The notes beneath the pieces are model-generated. The model saw nothing but the letters and a program-made list of their open reading frames with translations. It searched no databases and had not been told where the DNA came from. The position numbers were made by a program, and so were the translations under genes. 62,861 nt of DNA from a virus. The stretch is from the IMG/VR virus record IMGVR_UViG_3300034069_000992, positions 1 to 62,861 of that record; one strand, 5' to 3'. Positions 44,501 through 52,928 of this stretch are shown here, piece by piece (position 1 is the stretch's first letter; each line of letters opens with the position of its first letter).

Positions 44501-46973
44501 TTTCGAGATCGGTCTGCGCCGCCGCGCTCTTAGCATTGGCGAGGATCTGGCTCTGCTTCAGCGGCTTGGCCGTCGCTGTGATGCCTCCGCTGACGCCGCC
44601 GGTATAGCCCTGTGCCGCGCGCTGGCGGTTCTCCGGCGTATCCTCTCCCGCCAGCAGGCCGATGCCGCCACGGATCTTCTGGTTGGTGCGCGCCAGATCG
44701 ACAATGCCGCCACCGGCGGACGATAGCCGCGCCGCAATGCCGGCGAGGCGATCATCGCTCTGCGCCAGCTTGTTCACCGTGTCGACGACGGTGCCGATGC
44801 TGAGCGTCTGGTCGGCTTTCTGCCCGGTTGCCGGGTTGCCGGTGTAGCGCTGGATGAGCGCGAACGCCTGCTGCTGTTGCGGCGACAGCTTGGTGATGCC
44901 GAACGCGTCCGGCCGCGTGCCCTTGACGATGTCGTTGCCGATCGCCCGAACGCTCGAGCGCGCGTTGAGGTAGGCGGTGTTGGACGATGCGAGCGCCTCA
45001 CGCTGCCCGATGCTGATCCCTGCCAGCTTGGCCTTGTTCTGCTCGATGATCCTGCCGGTGGTGAAGTCCACCGCGCCGGCGAGATCCTGTTGCGCCTTGG
45101 CGAACAGACGCGCGCTCTGCTCGGCCTGGCTCTCCGCCGTGACGAACAGGTAGATCGCCGTGGCCGCCGCCGCGAACGCGATCGCCCATGGTCCGCCCAG
45201 CAACGAAACCACACTGCCCAGAGCGCTGCGCAACAGACCGGTGCGACCGGCTACGCTCGTTTGCGCAACGACTAATTCTTCCGTCGCGGTAGATGCTGCC
45301 TTGGTAGTGGCCGCAATTTCGATATTGGTCGCCGATAGCTTTTGATTAGCAGCAGCCATGGCATTTTTCGCCACCGCCGCCTCTTCCGCAGCCGCAGCCT
45401 CAAGCTGATAGATCTTCGCCGCTTCAGCCTCGAGTGCAAGCTGCGCCTCAGACGTCGTCATGCGAACGCCCGTCGTGGGATTGGAAGCGAATCCGGAATA
45501 ACGCGACTGTACTACAGTCTCGGCCGTCGCCGCTGCGATAGCCCGCTGCTCTGTGATCGCAGCTTCCGCCGCTGCCGCCCGCACCTCCGCCTGCCGGGTC
45601 AACTCGACGATGTTGAGGCGGATCGCCTCACGCTCCGCCAGCAGGCCAGACAGATGTCCGGTATAGGCGTTGGCAGTGATTTCCGCATCGCGCACCCATG
45701 CGGCGTCCATCGCGATCACGGCGTCACGCGTGGCGAGGATGCCGCCGACTGACGCCGCCGCCTGGCTTATGAGCCCCCCCAGCTTCACCGCGGCGAACGC
45801 GGTGCCGATGCCGGCGGCGAGCGACGCGATCACGCGCAGATGCCCGGCCACCACGATCAGGCCATCGGCAAGGGTGCGGGTCAGCCCCACGCTCTGATCG
45901 AAGCGGCCGGTGAGCGTGACGATCGAGTTGCCGAAGGCGACGCCGGCGGTGCTGAGCGTCTGAGGCAGCGACTCGAATTGCTTGTTGATCTTGATTGAGG
46001 CGCGGTCGAGCGCGTCGGCGACGTCGAGACTGGTTAGCGCGCCCTGCTGTCCCAGCTTGCGCAGGTTGGAGATCGACGTGCCGATCGAGCCGTCGACATT
46101 CTTGTAGCCGTCGGCGATCGCCTTCAGCAGCAGCGGGGCGCCTTCCTGGAGCGACTGGAATTCCTGCCCGGAGCCGCGGAAGTTCGCGCCGATCGCCTGG
46201 CTGAACTGCACCAGCGCGCCCTCGCGCGCCTGTGTCGAGCCGCCGGACAGCGTTGCCGCCTTCGACGCGATTTCGGTCAACCGGCCAATGCGGTTCTGGC
46301 TGATGCCAAGCTGATCGGTGTTGCTCTTCAGGCGCGCATAGATCTCGACGATAGGCTCGAGCGCGGTGCGCGACCGCGTGGCGATGCCGATGATGTCTTC
46401 CATCGCCTTGTTGGCGTCGGTCTGACTGTCGAAGAACGGCCGGATGCGAGACGAAAGGTTCGCATATTCATTCCCGGCGCGGCCGAGCGCGAAGATCGTG
46501 GCGCCGAACGCGGCGAGACCGACCTGAAGGCCGGTGAGTTCGGTGACGGCGCGCGACAGCGTGGAGATGCGGCTGGAGACCGGATCAAGGCGGCCCGACA
46601 CCACGTTGAGCGCGGTGGCCGTGGTGGCGAGTGACCCTGCGAACCCACGATGTGCGCGCGCCGATGCGGTGACGGCGTTCGCCTCGCGCGTCGTAGCCGA
46701 TGCCAGCCGCGTTGCCGCGCGCTCACCTTCCGCCGCTGCCGAGATGGTCGACCGGATCGCCGACGCTCGCTGCTGATAGGCTTGCGTCCCTGTACTGGCG
46801 CCGGATGCACTCTTACCCGACAGGAGCCCCGCCGTGGCGCGCGCCGCTTCATTCGCCGCCTGAGTGATCGTCGCATAGCTGGAGGTGGCGATCGACGTCT
46901 GCCGGGCGAACGCCGCCTCCAGGCCGGGATCGATCTGAGCGTTAATATAGGTGGTGAATGTTGCGGCGCGCAT
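41565..46973 (-). CDS. Tape measure protein
   Basis: 1802 aa, Ala/Gly/Ser-rich with coiled-coil and hydrophobic Gly-rich stretches; GGAGA SD; position between the chaperone genes and the fibre genes. Confidence 0.85.
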   Translation of the reverse strand: MRAATFTTYINAQIDPGLEAAFARQTSIATSSYATITQAANEAARATAGLLSGKSASGASTGTQAYQQRASAIRSTISAAAEGERAATRLASATTREANAVTASARAHRGFAGSLATTATALNVVSGRLDPVSSRISTLSRAVTELTGLQVGLAAFGATIFALGRAGNEYANLSSRIRPFFDSQTDANKAMEDIIGIATRSRTALEPIVEIYARLKSNTDQLGISQNRIGRLTEIASKAATLSGGSTQAREGALVQFSQAIGANFRGSGQEFQSLQEGAPLLLKAIADGYKNVDGSIGTSISNLRKLGQQGALTSLDVADALDRASIKINKQFESLPQTLSTAGVAFGNSIVTLTGRFDQSVGLTRTLADGLIVVAGHLRVIASLAAGIGTAFAAVKLGGLISQAAASVGGILATRDAVIAMDAAWVRDAEITANAYTGHLSGLLAEREAIRLNIVELTRQAEVRAAAAEAAITEQRAIAAATAETVVQSRYSGFASNPTTGVRMTTSEAQLALEAEAAKIYQLEAAAAEEAAVAKNAMAAANQKLSATNIEIAATTKAASTATEELVVAQTSVAGRTGLLRSALGSVVSLLGGPWAIAFAAAATAIYLFVTAESQAEQSARLFAKAQQDLAGAVDFTTGRIIEQNKAKLAGISIGQREALASSNTAYLNARSSVRAIGNDIVKGTRPDAFGITKLSPQQQQAFALIQRYTGNPATGQKADQTLSIGTVVDTVNKLAQSDDRLAGIAARLSSAGGGIVDLARTNQKIRGGIGLLAGEDTPENRQRAAQGYTGGVSGGITATAKPLKQSQILANAKSAAAQTDLEKAKAALKQLQLNRPAGDDDITYQNKLQAALEAVTAAQQAQADARKAASAGRAQERKEVRDAIQDAKDEAAAKRDKDLLALSKQGLNPNSQEFLDQRIKILKTYDDEVNRLDESKAASSSAASQMIADAKRVAAAAASAGEKRRDILAAYDDAPRALDSANDKIDDLSRFVDTAVDGVAFIGKTKDEIEAIKKINPLGTGIYTAEIADADAKRINEGVRKPLRDLERDYQRNEDYARLALQGRDSEAAALQKRNQLFDQGITLSASEYQGLIRNEQQQLRINDALASRQRVVSSITGALDDARSTAESIFTGLQTGGNVGNIFKSAFASFRNQFAQIQSKQLVEKIFAGSDEKLRALLEGRSAVDTAIGNFGTSVDNLTSTASRSETAVDKFATAVENGAARITGALGTGGSLSGGSIGSSALADALGVGPGKISTDTISGLVNKALGLGGTSTDDAGDVVVQGRKPQPAVPLPTSVTPSAKQVYNTIGSSLFKPVASVLDGFVNKITGKKTTRSEDGTILGGSTFFKKIGDSFGTALDGAGKGAIASGFAQALGIKQSQTGAQIGGAAGGLLGQATGIPGLGLIGGLLGGTIGALFSKPKYGSASVSLDQYGQAVGGTGTGNSSAAATAATGSAKSVADGINQIASQLGATISNLPGVTIGTFDGKARVATTSTSKSLNYNNFNSSQLQDFGKDGEADAIAYAVRYSIQNAVISGISAASKKIIASGQDLEQAINKAIVIESIPKRLLQLTDPVKYAVSNLNDEFSKMISYLKEGGATAEQFADAQKLYDLERADAIKQATTQAADQIDQFIKDMVGGSSSPLNKKSTYDNAASDLASFKSDIANGKVVDQDKLLEAARNFQDASRALNGSSSSFFDDFDMLRSLLEKARDNAGITDVSTLPASPFANDSTVQAAISSLQNASADATKAQTDTLSGKLDQVTAAINSLGSTVPASSSGTSSSLSLLPGSKRAMYADQL

Positions 46974-46997
46974 TGGACGTTCTCCAGACCACCGCTG

Positions 46998-47031
46998 GAT
47001 ACGCGAACGGCCTCGCTGTTGCCAGCGAAGC
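46998..47031 (-). terminator. Hairpin + GTTCGCGTAT element (copy 3)
   Basis: Stem 47008-47017 / 47022-47031 (9 of 10 bp), followed on the minus strand by GTTCGCGTAT (46998-47007). Confidence 0.45.
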
Positions 47032-47206
47032 CGTCCGGCCCGTTCTATTCTCGAGCGTCTCCTAGTCCGCGCTAGGTCGCCTACTGCCGGCAGTCCCCGC
47101 TCAACCTATCGCGGTATCGCGGATCATCCCACCGGGTTCGCAAGGGATCTCGGTAGCTGATCGCGGCCCATTGGCGCGGGAAGTTCCGCGATCAGCGTGC
47201 GCCTCA

Positions 47207-47241
47207 CATACGCAAGCGGGCCATCTCGATCAAGACGGCCC
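47207..47241 (-). terminator. Hairpin + CTTGCGTAT element (copy 2)
   Basis: Stem CGGGCC 47216-47221 / GGCCCG 47236-47241, followed on the minus strand by CTTGCGTAT (47207-47215). Confidence 0.45.
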
Positions 47242-47398
47242 GTGCGGTTCTGTGGAGGTTGGCTGTAGCTGTCTGCCTCCGGTTGTTCGGGAATTCATTT
47301 CGCCTTGATTGACGCCCGCCAGTGACCGCTACCCGGTGTTTCCTTGTCCCGTGAGGGAGGACATATCCCTGCGCGAATTCTCGCCACCGCAACCGCCT

Positions 47399-47438
47399 GA
47401 TACGCAAACGGCCCGCCTGGATCAATACCAGACGGGCC
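47399..47438 (-). terminator. Hairpin + TTTGCGTAT element (copy 1), terminator-like, downstream of the lipoprotein gene
   Basis: Stem CGGCCCG 47408-47414 / CGGGCCG 47432-47438, followed on the minus strand by TTTGCGTAT (47399-47407). Confidence 0.55.
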
Positions 47439-47513
47439 GCTTCGCGAGGTTGGCTTCGCAGACAATCGCATCACCCCCTTTGCAGATCGAGGGGAAATTA
47501 TGCCGATCCTATG

Positions 47514-47699
47514 TCAGTCCGTGTTGCCGTACGGCTTGCACACGATGTTGTCCGGCCCCGGGTTGCCCGGCGTCTTCACCGCCTGCGTACCGGAAGGGCA
47601 CCACGGGCCACTGGTGTTGCCGGCGGGCGGCGTCGGATCGTTCGTGCTGCACGCGGCGAGCGGCAACGCGGCGATGGCGAGTAGAGCAATCATGCGCAT
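47514..47699 (-). CDS. Small lipoprotein (moron-like)
   Basis: MRMIALLAIAALPLAA-C lipobox; AGGAGAA SD; own downstream terminator-like hairpin. Confidence 0.65.
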   Translation of the reverse strand: MRMIALLAIAALPLAACSTNDPTPPAGNTSGPWCPSGTQAVKTPGNPGPDNIVCKPYGNTD

Positions 47700-47738
47700 G
47701 TCATTCTCCTATGAAGGGACGGCAGCTTTACGCTGATC

Positions 47739-48461
47739 TTACGCACCACGCGAGCGTTGGATCTGCGCAATCTCTTCCGCGATGTACGTCGGCACGCGGC
47801 GGGCATACGGCGCGATCGTCGCATCCTTGTTAAACCGCTGCGCCCGGCGGGTGACGCGCACGCCGACGAAGGCGATGACTTCCTTTGCTGGCACCCGGCT
47901 GCGCGTCTTGCGCGTGCCCGCCGCCTTGGCCTGCCCCGACTTGGGCGACAGCGTCACCTTCTGGACAACCCAGATCGCCTTGCTGTCGCTGAGCGGACGG
48001 AAGATCAATCGGCCGATCGACTGCATCAGGCCGCTGCGCATGTAGAGTTCGGGCGTGATGCGCTGACGTCGGCCGCCGATCGATATCAGCCGTGGGATCG
48101 CTTTGGTTGGGAAGGCGAGCCACTGTCCGCCGGCCGATGGTCGGATCGTGGAGCCCCGGCTGTACGATTCGAGCGCGCCGCCAGCGAGGCTCTTATCGCC
48201 ACCCTTGGCATACAGCACACCGTACGGATCGCTGCGGCTGTTGGCCTTGCCAGCCTGGCGCTTGCTGGAAGTGTATCCGACCGCGTTGCCAAGGCGCCCC
48301 AGTCCCGCGCCGGAGATCCGCTCGCGCGTGCCGATCTGCGCCTCTCTGGTCGCGCGGTCGGTAGCTACGATTGCGGCGGCGCGCAGATCCTTTCGGTACT
48401 GCGCCGCCGCCGCGGAACTGGCCCTTGCTGGATTACCCAGAGGCGTGGCCGTAAATTTCAC
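47739..48461 (-). CDS. Hypothetical basic structural-module protein
   Basis: 240 aa; GTG start overlaps (GTGA) the stop of the -1 frame chaperone extension. Confidence 0.55.
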   Translation of the reverse strand: MKFTATPLGNPARASSAAAAQYRKDLRAAAIVATDRATREAQIGTRERISGAGLGRLGNAVGYTSSKRQAGKANSRSDPYGVLYAKGGDKSLAGGALESYSRGSTIRPSAGGQWLAFPTKAIPRLISIGGRRQRITPELYMRSGLMQSIGRLIFRPLSDSKAIWVVQKVTLSPKSGQAKAAGTRKTRSRVPAKEVIAFVGVRVTRRAQRFNKDATIAPYARRVPTYIAEEIAQIQRSRGA

Positions 48462-49701
48462 CCGCTTGGCTCCTGCTCGTCGAAATACTTTCCGACTATA
48501 TCAAGAGCGCGAAGCAGGCGCACCGGCTGGTCTAGTAGCGATCGTCCGTCGGGGTATCGCTCACTACTCTCAGTGCCGGCGCCGTGCCGGAGTCGGAGAT
48601 AGAGTCTGACGACTTGTCGATGATCGTCGCGGATGCGTCGCCGGGGGCTGGTTCTGAAGATGAGTTCGTCGAACTCCCACCATTGCTCTCCGGGGACTCG
48701 TTGGGTTCGGTCGAACCACCCGGGAGCGACGGCTTCCCGGGCGGCGAGTCGGAGTTTTTTTCCTCGCCACCGTCGATCTGGTAGAGACGATCGATGTAGT
48801 TGATTAGCTGCTGCCACGAGATGTCGTCGACCGCCTGGCGCAGCAAGAGCACGGTGTCTTCCGACATCGCGCGCGTGTGCCGACCCCGCTCGATCTCGAT
48901 TGGTGGATCGAAGTTCTCCACGCCAACGACGTGCATGCGCGCCATGAGCAGGGCGTTGCGACGGCCGAAGTCCATGTTCGCGGCGGCAAGATCTCGAAGG
49001 CGCTGGCTCTCCGTCATCATCCGATCGATGAGCAGTTGCATGCGGGCCTGCTCACGGATGCCGATGATCTTCGGTGGCATCGGCGCGCGCGGGCGCTCCG
49101 GCGCACCGTTCTCAGTGTCGAGCGTGCGTTCGATCTCCTGCTCGCTCCAGCGGCGCGTCGCTTCGTCATGGGCCTGCTGGCGCAGCCACACGCTGTCGAG
49201 GAAGTTGGCATTGTCCTCGGCCCGCTGCTGGTTGAGTTCGTAGGAGATCGCCCCTTCGTCCGGCAGGCTCCAGTCCTGCTGATACAGTTCCTCGATCATG
49301 GTCGCGCGGATCATCTCTTGCGTGATCTGCTTCAAGCCGAGCGATACGAGGCGGCTGTTGATCTGCTCGCGCTCCACCGTCGTCGGCACGGCGATGAGGA
49401 ACTTTTGCGGCTTGGGATAGCGCGCCTTCATGCGAGCGGCTTCGGCGTCCACGAAGCCGTACTCTTCGCGGATCTGGTCGCGCATGACGTCCACGGCGGC
49501 CAAGCGCTTTTCTGCTTCTTCCTGATCGATCCCGCCGATGCCGGTTTTTTCGTTGATCTCCGTCACCATGCGGTCGGCGGCCTGCTCGCGCGCGCGCAGC
49601 GAGGCAAGGTTCGTGCGGCGGTACTTTTCCCAATCCTGCGCGTCGGGAATGAACTCGATCGGCAAAAGCGCTGTCGAGTGGATCGGTGGGGTTACTGTCA
49701 T
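48458..49701 (-). CDS. Tail assembly chaperone -1 frameshift product (gpGT analogue)
   Basis: The -1 frame is open from the slippery site to 48458 (...KKLRLAAREAVAPGWFDRTQ...RALDIVGKYFDEQEPSG). Its stop is coupled to the next gene start. Confidence 0.55.
48532..49701 (-). CDS. Tail assembly chaperone (gpG analogue), zero-frame product
   Basis: GGAGG SD before ATG 49701; located directly after the tail tube gene; contains an A_AAA_AAC slippery site. Confidence 0.6.
   Translation of the reverse strand: MTVTPPIHSTALLPIEFIPDAQDWEKYRRTNLASLRAREQAADRMVTEINEKTGIGGIDQEEAEKRLAAVDVMRDQIREEYGFVDAEAARMKARYPKPQKFLIAVPTTVEREQINSRLVSLGLKQITQEMIRATMIEELYQQDWSLPDEGAISYELNQQRAEDNANFLDSVWLRQQAHDEATRRWSEQEIERTLDTENGAPERPRAPMPPKIIGIREQARMQLLIDRMMTESQRLRDLAAANMDFGRRNALLMARMHVVGVENFDPPIEIERGRHTRAMSEDTVLLLRQAVDDISWQQLINYIDRLYQIDGGEEKNSDSPPGKPSLPGGSTEPNESPESNGGSSTNSSSEPAPGDASATIIDKSSDSISDSGTAPALRVVSDTPTDDRY
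48754..48760 (-). promoter_or_regulatory. Programmed -1 ribosomal frameshift slippery heptamer A_AAA_AAC
   Basis: Minus strand GAG GAA AAA AAC TCC in the zero frame (codons verified in frame with ATG 49701). Confidence 0.6.
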
Positions 49702-49793
49702 CGGTGGCCTCCAAGTGTGCAAAGGCCCGGCGAGTCTCCCCGCCGGGCCTTTGTTTACTAGCGTGGAAGCCGGCGTCGCGCCAGCCTGCGCGC

Positions 49794-50996
49794 TTAGTAC
49801 CAGATGGTAAGCGCCGCCGACTTGTCGACGTCGGTGGTGATCGCGTCGCCGGTGAGGCTGACGTAGCCGTTACGATCGCCCGGGCTGAAGGGGTTGAGCA
49901 CGATGTTCGGCTGCACGAAGCCGAAGTTGTTGCCCGGTCCCATGCCCCACGTCGACATGACAGGGATGATCGACTGGTTGTCTTCCCGGCTGTGCAGATC
50001 GAAATCGGCCACCGCCATCTGGTTGATATCCAGGTTGGTGGTGCGGGTGCCCGAGATGATGTCGAACCCGTCCTGGCCGGCGGCCTGGTTCTGGTTCGAT
50101 GCCGCCGCGATCGTCGCCGCCTCCGTGAAGGAAAGCGACTGGTGGCCCAGCTTGACGCGATCCAGATAGAACTTGCCGTTCCGGGCCGGAGCGACAGGCG
50201 TCTGGAGGATGCTGCTCGGCAGCGTCGGCGTCACGTCATCGACGATCGCCACCACCGTACCACGGCCGGAGAACGTGATGTCCGGAAAGCCTGTGTTGGC
50301 TTCGTTCGCGACCGGGATGTTGATCGCGAGCGATGCCGGCGTCCAGTCGCGGTAATCGTAGCGCTTCTTGTCGCGCCAGATCGAGATCGACAGAACCGGG
50401 GGCGGCGTGGTGAGCGTGCCCAGCACATAGGACAGGTACATCGGGATCGTGTAGCTGGTGCCGCTCGCCGGCGGGGTGCCGATGGTTTCCGCCAGCAGTG
50501 CCGTCTTGGTCGAGCCGACGTAATCGCGGATGATCGACGTCTGCTGGAAGCCACTGCCGAGTGCGGCATGCTGGATCGGAGCGCCGAGCAGGAAGTCGTC
50601 GACCGACGATTCCGACGCAGCAAGTGTCAGCGTGGTCGCCGTGCCCGCCGCCGTGGTTGCCACAGTGCGCGCAGCAGCGTTGCGGATCTCCGCCCAACCC
50701 GCCGACTGCATGATGCGCCCGACCGGCCACGCGTTAGATGCCGGGGGAGCGACGCCGCCCGGGCCGCGCAGCGGAATGGTCGCGCCGAGCGTCGACTGCT
50801 TACCGAGATAGACCCGGTTGTTTTCCCACACCGTGCCGGTGGCGGTGTTGTCATCGGCGGAGATGATTGCGGCGGTGTTGGTGGGGGATGCCACCGCCAT
50901 GAGATCGGTCGCGCTGCTCGGCTGCACGAACACGCCGACCGTTGCCTGCAAGGCAACGGCCATGGCAACGACGCGAGAACGGTGGTTCCAGGCCAT
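49794..50996 (-). CDS. Major tail (tube) protein
   Basis: 400 aa; AGGAG SD; synteny (head-tail genes - this gene - frameshifting chaperone). Confidence 0.6.
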   Translation of the reverse strand: MAWNHRSRVVAMAVALQATVGVFVQPSSATDLMAVASPTNTAAIISADDNTATGTVWENNRVYLGKQSTLGATIPLRGPGGVAPPASNAWPVGRIMQSAGWAEIRNAAARTVATTAAGTATTLTLAASESSVDDFLLGAPIQHAALGSGFQQTSIIRDYVGSTKTALLAETIGTPPASGTSYTIPMYLSYVLGTLTTPPPVLSISIWRDKKRYDYRDWTPASLAINIPVANEANTGFPDITFSGRGTVVAIVDDVTPTLPSSILQTPVAPARNGKFYLDRVKLGHQSLSFTEAATIAAASNQNQAAGQDGFDIISGTRTTNLDINQMAVADFDLHSREDNQSIIPVMSTWGMGPGNNFGFVQPNIVLNPFSPGDRNGYVSLTGDAITTDVDKSAALTIWY

Positions 50997-51002
50997 CGGT
51001 AA

Positions 51003-51371
51003 TTACTCCTTTGTGGGGCTGTCGGCCTTGTCCACCGCGTCGGCGGTGGCGCGAGCCTGTCGGTTGGTGGTTTCGGTGGCCTTTTCCGCATCGTTCTGCG
51101 CGTCGGCATCATCCAGCTTGCCGTTGTAGACCTGGATGGTTTCCTTCACGCCGAGATCCTTGTGCTCGACTTCGACGAACTCGTAGCCCGGGATGGTGCG
51201 CGAGTCCTGTTCGGCGGGGAAATCGACAGCGGCGGCGGACACGGCATCGCGCACGGCGTCGTCGTATTTCTCGGGCTTGCCGGTGGCGGCTTTCTCGAGC
51301 CCTTTCTGAAGGCTCGTCGCGTCAAAGCTGCCGGCGGGCAGCGAGACGGCGTTGGTAATGGGGTCGGTCAT
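51003..51371 (-). CDS. Tail terminator-like / head-tail module protein
   Basis: 122-aa ORF; position only. Confidence 0.45.
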   Translation of the reverse strand: MTDPITNAVSLPAGSFDATSLQKGLEKAATGKPEKYDDAVRDAVSAAAVDFPAEQDSRTIPGYEFVEVEHKDLGVKETIQVYNGKLDDADAQNDAEKATETTNRQARATADAVDKADSPTKE

Positions 51372-51883
51372 CCATTCACTCCTGCTGACAGTAGGACATT
51401 TTCATCGTCCGAGCGCACGCGATATAGCACAGTCAGAGCGCGCGTCATGCGCCCTTCATCGGGTGTGCTGCGATCGTCCGGCTCGAGCGCGCCGATCGAG
51501 ATCCAGTCGCACAAGCCGCCGAGCCATGATGCGTTCTCTGGATCTTTAAGCGACTTCACGAAGACAGCGATCGTGAGCATCAGCAGCGACAGCCCGGTCT
51601 CATCCTCGCCCGTGTCTTCGATGGCGAGTTGGACATCGGCTTGCACGTCGACAACCATTTCGCGCACGATTTCCCATTCGGTGAGCTGTCCTTCGGTCGG
51701 TTGAGGCTCATCGCTCACGAGGATTAGAGAGATGCTCGGCACCTCGCCCAGCGCGGGCTTCCGGTTACGGGCATGCCGGACGGTGACGGCTTTGCTGACG
51801 ATGCCCGCCTGCGTATAGTCCGCAAGCCGGCCACGGCGGGCCATCTCCATAAGCAGTTGGATCGGTGGCGGCATCTCGATCAT
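51368..51883 (-). CDS. Head-tail module protein
   Basis: Start MIEMPPPIQ at 51883 (ATGA coupling); the longer track ORF has an Arg-rich non-coding-looking extension. Confidence 0.5.
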   Translation of the reverse strand: MIEMPPPIQLLMEMARRGRLADYTQAGIVSKAVTVRHARNRKPALGEVPSISLILVSDEPQPTEGQLTEWEIVREMVVDVQADVQLAIEDTGEDETGLSLLMLTIAVFVKSLKDPENASWLGGLCDWISIGALEPDDRSTPDEGRMTRALTVLYRVRSDDENVLLSAGVNG

Positions 51884-52260
51884 GGCTTCGATGCTCCCTG
51901 CACGTCGAAGATCCAGTAGCGGCCTTCGGTCTCTGGCTGCGCGCCGGAAGGACAGAACCAACCCGGCCCAAGCTTCGGATGCTGGATGCGATCGTTGCGG
52001 TTGGGCATATCGACGAGATCCCGCGCGATCTTCACGCGCTTGCGGTTGCCGAGCGTCTCGTCGATCTCGTCGATGTTCTGCGGCCCGACCGCGAAGACGA
52101 CGAAGCCTGGCGTCACCCGACGGTCTGGAGATACTGACGCATCGCCGAGCCACACCCCGTCATGCCAATAGCGCATGCGGTCGCCCAGGATGTTGTCGAC
52201 CGGCTTATCGAGCATCCGCGACGCTGTGTCCCAGATGCTATCGAACATCGACATGCTCAC
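51880..52260 (-). CDS. Head-tail joining/adaptor-like protein
   Basis: 126-aa ORF, first gene after the moron cassette; position only. Confidence 0.45.
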   Translation of the reverse strand: MSMSMFDSIWDTASRMLDKPVDNILGDRMRYWHDGVWLGDASVSPDRRVTPGFVVFAVGPQNIDEIDETLGNRKRVKIARDLVDMPNRNDRIQHPKLGPGWFCPSGAQPETEGRYWIFDVQGASKP

Positions 52261-52299
52261 CTCACAAACAAAACCGCGCCGGTATTAGCCGACGCGGTT
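52261..52299 (-). terminator. Intrinsic terminator
   Basis: AACCGCG (52293-52299 rc) / CGCGGTT, followed by TTTGTTTGTG on the minus strand. Confidence 0.7.
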
Positions 52300-52320
52300 C
52301 GATTTGACGAGGATGCGGAA

Positions 52321-52917
52321 TTATTTGGCGGCCGGAGACTGAAGCGCCATGACGATCGTCCCCGCCGGGCACCAGGAATTTACCGGAATCTGAAGACCGG
52401 TCACAGCCGCGTTGGTCAATTGCGACAGCGTGAAATCCAGCGTCGACTTATCCTGCGAACACTGCGCGGTAAAACCAGTGTTGGTCGACGAGATCACCTT
52501 CCACTTTGCCGGCGCCGCACCCACTACTGCCACCGGCATCAACTGCACTGGATAATTTTTGTACGGGACGCCGCTGGCGGATGCCAGGGGCAACGGGTTG
52601 TCCCATGTCACCGTCAGCATGCCGAGCGAACCGCTGGTCGAGAACACATCGGTACGACTGATTCGGGGCGGCACCGCGTTGCTAAGCTGGCAATAGTTGC
52701 CCGAGCCCGGTGCACCATTCACCATCTCCGCCGGCGGAACGGCTGGCAGCGGGATGCACTTCGAGTCGACCGCCGTCATGGCAGCGGTCGCGGCATCTTG
52801 TGCGGCCTGAGCCTTGGCCGTCGCCGCCTCGATATCCGCAGAGGTGGCGCCCGGATTACTTAACTGCGCTGCCGCTGGCGAGACGGCGAATAGCGCGCAC
52901 AAGAACAACCGCTTCAT
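52321..52917 (-). CDS. Secreted protein (signal peptide)
   Basis: MKRLFLCALFAVSPAAA-Q signal peptide; GGAGA SD. Confidence 0.65.
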   Translation of the reverse strand: MKRLFLCALFAVSPAAAQLSNPGATSADIEAATAKAQAAQDAATAAMTAVDSKCIPLPAVPPAEMVNGAPGSGNYCQLSNAVPPRISRTDVFSTSGSLGMLTVTWDNPLPLASASGVPYKNYPVQLMPVAVVGAAPAKWKVISSTNTGFTAQCSQDKSTLDFTLSQLTNAAVTGLQIPVNSWCPAGTIVMALQSPAAK

Positions 52918-52928
52918 CAGACTCTCCG

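Noticed and set aside
47204-47425. 73-aa minus-strand ORF inside the 540-nt gap (a possible missing chaperone)
   Set aside because: About one quarter of its residues are Arg, it has no SD, and it spans the hairpin elements. The real frameshifting chaperone was found at 48458..49701.
49794-50996. Hydrophobic N-terminus of the tail tube candidate (MAWNHRSRVVAMAVALQATVGV) looked like a signal peptide
   Set aside because: Its position, size and synteny fit a major tail protein. There is no clear cleavage motif, and the segment is probably an N-terminal arm or strand.
52895-52925. CUGAUGA on the minus strand around 52906-52912
   Set aside because: It is the SD-to-start region of gene 52321..52917 (gagtCTGATGAAGCGG). 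No GAAA box or helices follow it.
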